A DNA stretch of 64,000 nucleotides from Cycas panzhihuaensis (taxonomy: Eukaryota; Plantae; Cycadophyta): contig CM041465.1 in assembly GCA_023213395.1 (NCBI GenBank), forward strand, positions 203,801,741-203,865,740. The letters are read 5' to 3'. The translations under genes and the position numbers were made by a program. The notes beneath the pieces were generated by a model. That model ran no database searches and was not told the origin of the DNA. It worked only from the letters and a program-made list of their open reading frames with translations. The stretch's first letter is position 1. Every line of letters starts with the position of its first letter. This document shows positions 52,415 through 64,000 of the stretch, in pieces.

Positions 52415-52930
52415 TGTAGCATTCCTAAAATAATAAAGGGAAGTTGGTTTTATAAGGGAATTTATTATGGTGATGTTGGTTTTTAGAAGAAGAATTATTT
52501 ACTTTATTTTATTATGAAATCAAATTTCTGGAGGGAAAAATAAGTGATTAGTTTGCAAGGCTATAAATAGAGTAACCTCTTTCATTTGAAAATAGTCTTA
52601 GAGAATTCTATATATTGGTCAAATGGCTTCGTGCCATTAAGGCCCCATGCTTGTTGGAGGACTTTGCCTGCCTCGAAGAGGGTTGTTGCTGGACATCTTG
52701 TATCGGGTTTTGTTTTTTGTCAATCTATTATTATTTACTGCTGTTATCAATGTATGCATGACATGTATCTCCGTTGAATCATGTTCATGAGAGTTTACTG
52801 CTGAAATTACATTTTATTTGCTCTAGATGTATGTACTCCACTATGAAATACTCTAATATGCTGTGAATATTCCTGCTGTCTACTGGAAGATTACTTCTGT
52901 CCACTGTATTTTCCGATTGGGTCCGCTTCA
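52415..52930 (+). repeat. Element B 3' LTR
   Basis: TGTAGCATTCC...CCGCTTCA after PPT aagggtagggga; matches the split 5' LTR and is related to the element A LTRs. Confidence 0.9.
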
Positions 52931-53404
52931 TTTTCAATGTCGAGCATTTGATTCTTTGCCCTTATCTCAGCTATCTATTCCTACAAATCCTTAATCTTCT
53001 TTCAAAGCATTTCTATAGTAGTCATATGATAATCAGTAACTTCTAGAGGAGTTTGACCCTTCAAGGATAAACCCTCTATCTCCATTTGTCCCTAGCCTTG
53101 GATCTGCACTATATGAAGGACTTGCTCTTTTGGCCTCCATTTCTGGAAGCCTCCAACAGGGGTTTCAACACTTGTTAGCTTATGGGATGTCTCCTCTCTC
53201 AATCTTAACTCTCACTATTGTTGAACCCAATGGTCTACAGTGAACATCAATTACTTTCCCTCTAAAAATGTTGTTCCCTCATTTGCAAATGTTCTTCCTC
53301 CTCCAACCAATTGTGAGGTAGTCCTACTTATGGTTCCTTCAACATGAACATCTTTAGAGTTACCTTGGTGATGACCCTCTATCACCTCATCAACATGAAT
53401 GCTT
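52931..53404 (+). repeat. ~470-bp direct repeat (copy 2) flanking element B
   Basis: Colinear with 32217-32682. Confidence 0.92.
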
Positions 53405-55530
53405 GTGCCTATTTTGGAATTAGTTGGTTGGGTATCACTTTCTTTGCATGGTTCTAGCTCTGGGGTAGCTACTAGACTTTCTCCCCATTCTTGATCATCC
53501 TCCTAAGGAATGCTATCTTTTTCTAAAGGTGTCCACAGAGATGAAAACTTGACTATTGTCGTTGAAAGACAACTTTGTTCTTTCTTCTTCCATGTGAAGA
53601 ATTGCAGTCAAGTTTCTTGGGGCATCTTCCAAGTTTTGAATATCCTCTTTTGTTCCAGACAAGCCAAGAGATATGTCTTCTTTAGCCTCTAGAACAATGA
53701 TATCCTCAAGGACTACAACCTAAACCTCTACCTCATAAGAGGTGCTCGATTAAGGATTATCATTTTTCACCTAGTCTCTTGTTAGTCTCCTTTTTTGAAG
53801 GAGGGATGCATCATTCCTTAAAATTTGCTCCTCCTCCTCCTGTAACTCGTTATGTCCCCATAATGAATTTCTCTCCTGAGTTGTTGAGACGGTCTCCACA
53901 CTGATGTCATTGCTTGCAAGGCTGCCCTTATGCAACAACTAAGGTTCATTCCCAATAAGGAATGACCTATCATCATTTTTGATGTCCTTTATCATTTGAT
54001 CTATATCTACTTAAGGAGAAGTGGAGGCTAGCAACACTAGACCTTGGGGTAACAGTGAGTCCCTCAACCTCAAGTCCCTACAGAACTTTGGTTCTTTTAG
54101 CCTTTGGCTTCTTTCTAGTTTTCCTTCCACTAGTAGGTGCCCTACTAGTCCTTCTCTTCTTCCCTTTATGGCTTGTAGATGCTTTGGTTAAAGCACTCGC
54201 TTGCATGCTACCAAGGGCTTGAATCTGGCTTGCATCAACCCTATTAAAGGCCCTTGTTGATGCTTCATCAACCTAAATTTCTTGTGGATAGATCAAATCC
54301 TCTATTTGAGGATTTCTAAAATCCTCCAAACCATTTGGGGTGTGTGTTTTCCTAGACATGCCCATTGCTACCAAGTGTGTAACCATGTATTCATTTGGGT
54401 CATAATACCTGCTCTAAGTTTGTTCGAGTCCAAGCATGATACACTCATTTTTGAGTAATTTCATTTTAACCCATCTCCCTTCCATTGCCTAATCTCTACC
54501 AATGCATTTTGGAAGGGGGCCCTTTCTGATTTAGTATGCAATCGTTACCAAATGGAGGATAATTGTTTGCATATTTCCAAAAAAATAGTCTGCTTGATGG
54601 ATACTTAGGGAGAAAACATGCATGGCCTTGATGACCAATAACGCATATGGTTCAATAATTTTCAAAAGGATACAAATCACCATTTCTTATACCATATTTC
54701 CCCTCTAGCCATCCTCAGACATTATCAATTATTCTCTTTGGCTGGCCTAATGTCTTTTCTTTCAACCAAAAGAATTTATCAACCACCCCGTAATAAAAAA
54801 TGGATTGGTTTACTTTCCATACCTTTAGATAGCAGAAGGTTGTAGGCATGTCTGCTTCTGACCTCCTGGTGTTTGGTGGAAAGGCTGGACCAAGAGAAAT
54901 ATAACTCAATATTGCAAAAGTTAAATATGAAAACATATAAAAACTTTCTCCTTTTTTGACCCTAACTAGCTAATAGGCGATAGTCTTGCTCACTACTAAT
55001 GCCCAATCAAACATTTTATCTTTGAGCAAAATTAAGTAGATGAGATATGAGCTCATCTCTTCCAAAGTCCTTATATTTTATTTTCCAAAGACTCTCAACA
55101 ACAATACCACCCATCTCTAAATTCTTTCTACAACTACCCTCTTGGCATCTTTCTTGGGAGGTTCCAATATCCAACTAGAAATAATTTTAACTAGGGTTTT
55201 ATCCTTTTTGTAGCCTTCTTCTAAGAAAGTCTGGTTGAAAGCTACATCCACTGGGAGGGTGTTGAAGAGTCTTTGGAAATTACATGCAAATAAATCACAG
55301 AGTGGTTGTCTGCTAGGGGTGCACATCATCTATCTCTCCATCTCGAAATTGTTTGCACAAAGCAATGAAATTTCCAAGCTTAGTAGCACCTTTGGAATTG
55401 CCCCAATCTAGAGTAAGCGTAACCTCCATAGTTCAATTTCATTTACCCCCTCAAAATTATAAAATTTCTCCCATTGAGTCCCCAAGGTATTTTGAGAATT
55501 AGTGATATCCTACATTTTTTCAGATGCCAT
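53405..55530 (-). other. Heavily decayed, possibly coding relic; probably the extra-ORF region of an old Tat/Ogre-like element that hosts B and E
   Basis: Short minus-strand ORF remnants (55117-55329, 54715-54936, and 31907-32107 on the other side of B) with no recognisable catalytic motif. Confidence 0.3.
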
Positions 55531-56174
55531 TGATTTTCCCAAAGTTTAAAATGAAGAAATTGGTCAATCAAAGAAATTTGCAAGATTACTTGTCAAATTG
55601 CTTCACAATCTTTTGCTACCCATTACCTTCGATAGCTCATAATCAAAATTCCTCCTCTGCAAATTCGCACTTGAATAATCCTCAAATATAGCATGGGAGC
55701 ACAATTTTAACAAAATCCTTTACTTTTGTGAATTGCCTCGTAAATGCCTAACCAATCACATCTTCCTGACTTTTATGTTCTTCACTAAATCTCTTATGTT
55801 CATGAACTAAGAATTTGGGCGAAGAACATGCTTTTAAGAATATGGTGAGGTGTGGGAAATAATAGGGAAGAGAGGGGAGGTCGCTGCTTAAAATTTGTCC
55901 CTTTCACTACTTCACTTTTTTGTGTTTTCACATTTTTAACAAAAGTGCGAAGTCTAAAGTCTTAAGGCTTATTGCATGTAGCTATCTTCGCCTTCACCAA
56001 TACCACAACATTGCCACTAACGATCAAACATCCAAAAATTGCAAAGCCACGAAGCTACAAAACTATGAAATACTACCACTTTGAATGTTCTGAGAATTTT
56101 AATCAAGTTACAAGCTATTACTACAACATGTAATCACTAAATCTGATATGAAGGACTTATCAAGCCCTCTAATC

Positions 56175-59100
56175 TGTAAAAAGTAATGTTTTATCTCAAG
56201 TGTATTAGGGTTAAGTAACTTAGACTCATTTGTAGTTATGCCACGTGGCATAAAGTCATTGATCAGTCTTTAGGTGGTTAGTAAACCAATTTGAAACCGT
56301 CTCTCATATGTACAATATAAATAAGTTATTGGGTTCATATCAATATACAGAGACTTTTGATACAAAGAAAGATTGATTGTTTTTCATGGTATTAGAGCAG
56401 GTTATCGTGTAGAGAACGAGAGAAGAAGGATCAATTCTGTAATCTGACAAAGAGGGAGAAACTCGAAGCACAGATTGAGACCAGTCAAAAGAAGTGAGAT
56501 TCTTAACAAAGTGACAGTGGAAGACGAAAGAAAACGAATAGTACGGAAACTGTATGACACAGTACAGAGGAGTACAGACTATACGGACAGAATTCAAAGT
56601 GCTTAGAATAACCTGAAATTTCACCAGGAGATTTGCCCTTGCAAGGCCATCATTTTCTTCTAAAGGATCGAAGGCTGAAAGTTTCGTTTTAATCCGGTTT
56701 TGACCCGCCAGCATGCGGGTTTGTACAATCTTACGCTTTTTTCAATTCAAAGCATTAACCGTAAAATCGACCAAAAATCTTCTCTAGACTAATATCGAGT
56801 GATTGGGTTAGTTCTTCGAAGATTTTTCTGAATATTTTCTAAGAAATAAAGATTTTTCTCTAGAAGCCCAAGCCACCTCCATGAAATTCGATTGCAGTTT
56901 TTGACCTAACCGTGAAGTATTTTGGAAAAATAACTTCAAATCTGGAATCCTCTGATTTAGACCTTTCATTTGACACCCTAATTGTGTTCATCCGTACAAG
57001 TTGGTTTTTCTGTACAAATCTGTACCATACAGTCATACGGCCCAGTATTTCATACTTAGAGGTGTCTCATTAATACTCTCAAATGGCTTGCTCTGTTATT
57101 GCTCTTCCTGAAGCTGACAAACTCACAGAGATAAACTTTAGCCTTTGGAAAATTAAGATTGAAGGTCTTTTAAGAGCAAAAGGAGCTTGGAAAATTGTTA
57201 CTAGTGAAGAAAAAAAGCCCACAGACATAGTTGATCAAATAACTTGGGAAGAAAAAGATAATATTGCAATTGGAATCCTCAAACTCTCCATTTCAGATTC
57301 TCTTTTGTCTTATGTGGATGGTGTAGAGTCCTCCTCACAAATCTGGAATATAGTGACTTCTTTATTGAGTCAAAAAAATGAGGCTAGAATAATCGCAATT
57401 AGGGAAGAACTATAAAAACTTAAATTGAGGGAAAATCAATCTGTGTCTGAATTTGTAGCCAAAATAAATAACATAAAAAATGAGCTTATCTCTACAGGAG
57501 ATAAAATCTCAGATCTAAAATTGGGGCACCTCGTCCTGAATAAACTTCCCAAATCTTTTGATAATAAGGTCAACATGTTAATAGGAAGTGGTCAAACAGC
57601 AAAGATGACATTTGAAGGGTTGACAGGTCATATGTTAAACCAAGAACAAAGAAATAAACGATATGAAGAGGACATTGTTGAAGTGGAAGAAGCTTTTGTA
57701 TCAAGATTCAACATAGGTCGAGGACGCACTCAATCAAGTCTCAGAGGACGAGGTCGAACTCAAACATCAAACTTCAAAGGACGTTGGATCGATGGAAGAG
57801 GCAGAGGAAGATCTACACCACCAAGGGATGCAAGAGTTTGCTTCAATTGTGGGAAACCCAGACATTTTTCAAGTAACTGTCGTGCTTTTGATGTTCGTTA
57901 CCATTGTGGTCAATCTAGTCACTTTCCTTATCAATGCAGGAAAGCAATAATCCAGAGAGGGAAACAGATAACTGGAAACTACAGCAAAGAAAGAGATCAA
58001 GAAACAGAAGAAAATGATATAGAAACAGCCTTTGTGGTTGCACTAGCAGCAAGTACAAAAGCAACAGATAACCGGTACATAGATTCAGGAGCATCAAATC
58101 ACATGACAGGAAGAAAAGAATGGTTTGAATTTCTCGAACCATAATCATCAGCTGGCTCAGTAGAATTAGGAAACAACTTTCCTTTACATATTGAAGGAAT
58201 TGGGATAATAGCAGTCAAAATTGATGGAAAAACACAGCGAATTGGTAAAGTGCTCTATGTACCATGAATGAAAAAAAATCTCTTATCAGTTTCTTAGCTT
58301 AGTAAGAAAAACCTGGTAACCATTTTTGATACCAATGGGCATTGTTTTGTATTAAACATGAAAAAGGATGGTGTTGTAATAGCAGAAGGTATAGAAAGTA
58401 ACAATATTTATAAATTACTTTCTACTCCTATTGTGCCTACCTATGATGTAAAATATTTTGCTGTTTCAAGCAAAAACAATAATGAAATCTGACATTTAAA
58501 ATATGGACATATCTCAAATGATAGATTAGAATTGTTGAAAATTTCTAACATGGTTACTGAATTACCAAAACTATCATTTGATTCCTTTGTCTATAAGAGT
58601 TGTATGATGGGAAAGCAACATCGAAATCCTTTTTCAAAAAGCACTCAAAAGGTCAGAAGTAAATTGGAATTAATACATACAGACATTTGTGGTCCAATAA
58701 CTCCAAGTTCAATCAATGGAGCAAGGTATTTTCTTACCTTTATTGATGATTTTTCAAGAAAAACCTAGATATATTTCTTAAAAAATAAATCTGAAGTCTT
58801 TGATCGATTTAGAGAACTCAAAGTTGAAGTTGAGTTAGAAAGTAATAACAAAATCAAATGTATTTGGTCTGATGGAGGAAGAGAATATATGTCAAAGAAA
58901 TTTCTCAACTACTGCAGAGATCATGGGATACGCAGGCAAATAACTACTTTTTACACACCTCAGTCAAATGGAGTTGAAGAACGAATGAATAGAACAATTA
59001 TGGAAATGGCACGGTGTTTAATTTATGATAAAGGGATTACCAAAGCATACTGGGCAGAAATAGTCAACACAGCAGTATATTTGATAAATAGGAGTCCAAC

Positions 59101-61396
59101 ACATGCTCTACAACAGATCACACCTGAAGAAGTATGGACAAGTCATAAACCTGATGTAAGTAATCTTAAAGTCTTTGGGTGTAAAGCTTATGTTCACATT
59201 CCAGACAAGAAACGTTCAAAGCTAGATAATAAAAGTATAGAATGTATAATGGTTGGTTATAGCTCAAAATCAAAAGCATACAGATGCATGGATCCAAAAA
59301 CTAACAAAGTCCATATTAGTAGAGATGTTGTGTTTGATGAAGATCCAGGGAAAATTCAAGGAGAATATCAAGAGATAGAGACACTAACAAAGACTGCAGA
59401 TAAGCATCCTTCTATATCCTCAGAAGACAAGTCTGACATCACTTCTGAAAACATTGAAGAACATTCACCAAGGAGCGAAGAAGATATTACACACATTCAG
59501 GACGAAAAAGAGCACAGGGACATTTCTGAACAAGAAATTCCAAAAAGGCTACCAACATGGTATCTCAAAACCATTGAAGAAACTAAAGGAGACATCTATG
59601 AGCATAAGACTAGGTCACAAAGACGCCAAGCCTTATCTTGCTCTTTGGAACCGGTCAATTATGAAGAGGCAAGCAGACATGCAAAATGGAAAGCTGCCAT
59701 GAACGAAGAAATTGCTGCAATTCATAAAAATGAAGCATGGGAACTAATAGAACGTCCAAAAGACAAACCCATAGTAAACTGCAAATGGGTTTATAAAATC
59801 AAAGAAAAATCAAATGGAGAAATAGAAAGATATAAAGCAATGTTGGTCGCTAAGGGATATACTCAAACATCAGGTATAGATTATGAAGAAACCTTCTCAC
59901 CAGTTGCAAAGCTTACTATAATAAGGGCAATAATAGCCTTGGCTGCTCAACAAAAATGGAAGATCTATCAACTAGACATAAAAGTGCCTTTTTAAATGGA
60001 GACCTAAAGGAAGAAGTATATATGTATCAACCTGAAGGTTCTTGCAAACCAGGACAAGAAAATCTGGTATGCAGGTTAAAAAAGGCTCTCTATGGACTCA
60101 AACAAGCTCGTAGAGCTTGGTATGCAAAATTGGACCAATATCTTATTTACAATGACTTTCACAGATGCAAGTCAAATCCAAGTCTGTATGTAAAATTCCA
60201 CAAAGAAAAGGTAACAATTATTGTAGTATATGTAGATAACATGCTACTCACAAGAAATGATAATGACTCAATTGTGTTTATCAAAAACCAGCTTGAAAAG
60301 GTTTTTGAGATGACTGACTTGGGAATTCTTCATTACTATCTTGAAATAGAAGTAAATCAAACAAGTGACTCCATTGGATTGTCTCAATCAAAATACATAA
60401 AGAATATACTCAAAAAATTCAATATGGAGAACTGCAATAGCTGTGTCACACCAATGGAGACTAGTTGTATCTTGAGCTCAAATACAAAAGAACAAAAGGT
60501 AAATGCAACCTTGTACAGACAACTAGTCGAAAGCTTGATTTATCTTACTACCACCAGACCAGATATAGCCTTTTCCGTAGGAGTAATTTCTAGATTCATG
60601 CAAAAGCCAAATATCTCTCATTGGAATGCAGCAAAACGAATACTCAGATATCTGAAAGGAACTATAAATCTTGAGTTAAGATATACTCAAGACAAGAACA
60701 TACATATGTCTAGGTATAGTGATTCAGATTGGGTAGGTGACAGAACAGAAAGAAAATTTACCACAGGGTATTGTTTCTCCTTGGGATCAGCAGTAATTTC
60801 ATGGAACAACAAAAAACAATCCACAATAGCATTGTCATCTACAGAAGCCAAGTATAAATCAGCAGTCAGTGCTACCTGTGAAGCTATTTGGATCAGACAA
60901 CTGTTGAAGGATATGGGACAAGAACAAATAGAACCACCCATTCTGTTTTGTGATAATCAAAGCACAATCAAAATGACAAAAAATCATGTGTTTCATGCAA
61001 GAATGAAACACATAGAAGTTCACCATCACTTCATCAGAGAGAAAGTTCAAAATAAAGAAATCGAGCTCACATACTATAAATCAGAAGATCAAACAGCAGA
61101 TATCTTCAGAAAAGCCTTGAGTAGAAGTAAATTTCAACTTTTCAGAGACAAATTAGGAATAAAAGATAAAACATTAAGAGAGAGTGTAAAAAGTAATGTT
61201 TTATCTTAAGTGTATTAGGGTTAAGTAACTTAGACTCATTTGTAGTTATGCCATGTCGCATAAAGTCATTGATAAGTCTTTAGGTGGTTAGTAAAGCAAT
61301 TTGAAACCGTCTCTCATATGTACAATATAAATAAGTTATTGAGTTCATATCAATATACAGAGACTTTTGATACAAAGAAAGATTGATTGTTTTTCA
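56175..61396 (+). mobile_element. Copia E: full-length ~5.2-kb Ty1/Copia element with short LTRs (Ale/Ivana-like architecture), inactivated
   Basis: 212-bp LTRs at 56175-56386 and 61185-61396 with 6 differences; perfect TSD TAATC; PBS tggtattagagc 56387-56398; PPT 61176-61184. Confidence 0.96.
57083..61209 (+). pseudogene. Element E gag-pol (several stops and a frameshift)
   Basis: Gag with CFNCGKPRHFSSNC; PR YIDSGASNHMTG; IN LIHTDICGP...TPQSNGVEERMNRT; RT IDYEETFSPV...YVDNML (YVDD mutated); RNase H YSDSDW...CDNQS...KHIEVHHHFIRE. Confidence 0.95.
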
Positions 61397-61745
61397 TAAT
61401 CTCGGATGTTTCACAATGTCGAAGTAAATCATACAACTAAACTTCAAATTATTGTCCCTTCATAGTTTGACAATAACTTGTTAAAACAATTAGAGTAGAA
61501 CCATGCTTAAAAGAATTTTGACATTACCCATGTAATGGCAACAAGTTGCCTCCTAAAGCATTGAAGTTGAGGTGACTATCCACTTAGTTTGGTTCTTTAC
61601 AATTAGTAGATTACTCATAGGTGCCATTAAGGGGTAGCAACCATATTTTAGCTGGCAAGTTTGCTTGAAACATTCATTAAGCTATGAACCTTCAGTTTTG
61701 AGTTGTTCAATAGTTGCTCGTAAATCACTATCACGATTAGTAAAT

Positions 61746-64000
61746 TGAAATGGCTTAATGTCACAAGGTCATTACATTAGTTGATTATTTCTAGAAAAGG
61801 GTCTACTTTAAATTAGATCACTTAAGTGAAATGCACTTTCATGTGCATTATGTGTGATTTCATTTCACCTAACTCTAATGCTCCCTCTCTCAATATAACA
61901 GTAAAAGCTCAATGGAGGAGGCTCATTCTTACCTCCCCATTTTGTGATTGCTTCTCTCTTTCTCTCAAGTCTCTCTTGCTTCCATGTTTGCCTTTGTGTT
62001 TAGTGCATGGAGATGAAGGATAGATCCACTCTTTTCATGTGGTATCAGAGCTTGCTTCCTTCATATTCCTCACTTGCACTTGCAATGAAGCCATCACTTC
62101 CTTCTCCCCCATAATCCATGTGGTGAAGGAGATTGTGAAAGTGGGTTTAGAAATATTTTCAAGTTTTTATCATAGCATATTTAGTATCGTTTGCTTTCCC
62201 TTTCTCTTTTGCGGATTTGGAAGCACAATACAAGGAATTGTAAGGCCCAAGGATTCCAATCCTTTGGTAGCCATTTATTATATCTCGTTCTTCTTTTCTT
62301 TTCCCTCTTTTTATCCATTTAACAAGGGGAAATACTGCCGAAAATTTTCTAGCTTTTAGAAGAATGATGTAAGGGGAGGTTCTACCCACTTTTTTTAAAT
62401 AATTTGGAGCCATTTAAAATATCCATCATTGTATGCTCTCACCTTGCCTATATTGGGATCCTTGTGATCAAAAAATGATGAAAATTTCATATGGTATCAT
62501 GTATGAAAGAGATAATAGCAAGCTAAAATTTCTACAGAAATAAAATTTGCTTGCTGAACTTCACAAGTCTGCAAAATCTTCTACAAAGCTCCAATTGACC
62601 CAATTCCAATTGCTAAAGATCAGGCTCTGAGTCTAGTTTCCACCACAAAAACCGGCACCCAATTTCGTTGTCGTATGAGAAAGTTATTGTTGTTTTAGTG
62701 AACAGTAGTTATTTTTAATAAAAATTCTAAAAAAATATATTCTCCTAATTTTGCGGGACTGCCAAAAATTTTCCAGAACCCATTTGGACCTGATTCTACT
62801 TCTTGAAGATGAAGCTCTAAGTCTAGTTTGCAGCACAAAAACCGGCACTCAATTTTGTTATCATGGGAGAAAGTTATTGCTGATTTAATAAAGACTATTT
62901 TTTTTTGTATTTAAAAAAAAATGAAGAAATTTTATTCCTTCATTTTATAAGGCTTAAAAGCCCATTGTAAAAGTGAGCAAAAAAACACCTGGATCAGAGC
63001 AATATCCAGTGTCCTCACTCACTTATCAGCATTACATTTCAACACTCCAAAATCACTTCAAGCAAGCACTCTAAAGACACTCCAAGCAAGCACTCCAAGC
63101 AAACATTCTATTTTTCAGTTATGTGTACGTTTGATGCAAATTCGATAATCTTTTCACTCTCCCTAAAAGGAATGCATCACGTACGTTATTTTCTACCATC
63201 TTGTACCTGTTCACATACTCGCCAAGGTTGAGATACCTTGGTTGGCAGAATGTCATGCCATAAAGGAGGTGTGGGTTTCAAGTTGGGACTAGACTAAACC
63301 AGAATATTGGTGAGGTTTGGTTAGGCATACCATCGTGCCTCAATCAGGGATCATCCTGATAACCAACTGGGAAAACTGAAACTTTAAATATAAGATTAAA
63401 ATATACCCAATCGAATATCCGTCATAGCCATGGGTATGCACGTACCACTCTTTAGAGGAGGTATATAACTGTCATTGGTAAACTCAGTGAGGATTGGGAG
63501 TACCTGGGCTCCGTTGTGACTTGGGTTTCATCACCAAGCACAATTGCGGGTATCGCGGGTGAAGGCCAACTTAATTCTATTAGAAGCCTAGGCATCCCTT
63601 CAACAACCTCAACTACATGTTGGACACAAGTTAGAGGTTATTGGGCTGATTATGCATCCTACATTTGAGTTTCAAGTTGTGTACACCCAATGATATCAGC
63701 TTCTACATTGGCCTACAATTTTGTATATTGATCACTTACTTATTTGTAAAAAGTGATCCATAGTATAATCACAATCATAGTGCTTCTCATATTCCTGCTA
63801 TGTCAGGTTAATATTTGCCACAAGTGTTGGTGGCCAATTTTCATCATAGTGCTTCTCATATTCCTACTATGTCAAGTTAATATTTGTCATAAGTGTTGGT
63901 GACTTTTCTCTAAGTTGCTCCCTTCATCTTTGACCAACCATTCTCACTTCTTCTTCCTTCTGCTATACTGCTTGTAAATAGTGATTGGTCATTTGTTGCC
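61746..64000 (+). mobile_element. Element F: 5' LTR (left limit uncertain), PBS and long non-coding leader of another LTR retrotransposon running off the window
   Basis: ...CTTTTCA (ends 62037) followed by TG and a perfect PBS TGGTATCAGAGC at 62040-62051; a candidate start TGAAA at 61746; no coding domain before 64000. Confidence 0.6.
63774..63901 (+). repeat. Tandem duplication with 69-bp period in the element F leader
   Basis: atcatagtgcttctcatattcct...aagtgttggtg at 63774-63832 and 63843-63901. Confidence 0.9.

Larger units (their letters stand above)
32683..52930 (+). mobile_element. Element B: second member of the gag-only family, ~4.3 kb after removing nested C2 and D; 5' LTR lacks its first ~22 nt
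   Basis: 5' LTR at 32683-32748 plus 44193-44629 (split by C2); PBS tggtattagagt 44631-44642; PPT 52401-52413; 3' LTR 52415-52930; gag relic at 50895. Confidence 0.85.

Noticed and set aside
61176-61209. pol reading through the PPT into the 3' LTR (also in C2)
   Set aside because: This is a common arrangement in Copia elements.
414-62413. Numerous 60-130-aa ORFs antisense or off-frame to gag-pol and ORF2, or lying within LTRs
   Set aside because: These are shadow ORFs of retroelement coding sequence or chance ORFs; they recur only because the parent elements are repeated.

Overview
This is an AT-rich, CpG-depleted eukaryotic window, almost certainly from a large-genome land plant (gymnosperm-like by inference). 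It consists almost entirely of nested retrotransposons, and no intact host gene is visible. From left to right it contains: (1) a decayed Ty3/Gypsy chromovirus with ~2.9-kb LTRs (minus, 1-8200); (2) a 5'-truncated plant L1 LINE with an RNase H domain (minus, 8617-13779); (3) an Athila-like relic with a tRNA-Asp PBS; (4) a gag-only non-autonomous LTR element A (minus, 18697-30605) holding Copia C1 (20075-27909); (5) a second member of that family, B (plus, 32683-52930), holding Copia C2 (32749-44187) and a young non-autonomous Copia derivative D (45169-49701); (6) a full-length short-LTR Copia E (56175-61396); and (7) the 5' end of another LTR element F running off the right edge. Five observations stand out. 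D has ~99% identical LTRs and carries an antisense fragment of a host RBP45/RBP47 RNA-binding-protein gene. D, E and the C family each place their polypurine tract (PPT) in the loop of an inverted repeat, and the stems of D and E show compensatory changes. C2 contains a 3.65-kb multi-template insertion apparently copied from the neighbouring defective C1 and from local flanking DNA. B is flanked by a ~470-bp duplication instead of a 5-bp target-site duplication (TSD). The C family has a highly structured region just upstream of the gag AUG. Identities were counted by eye and no database searches were run.
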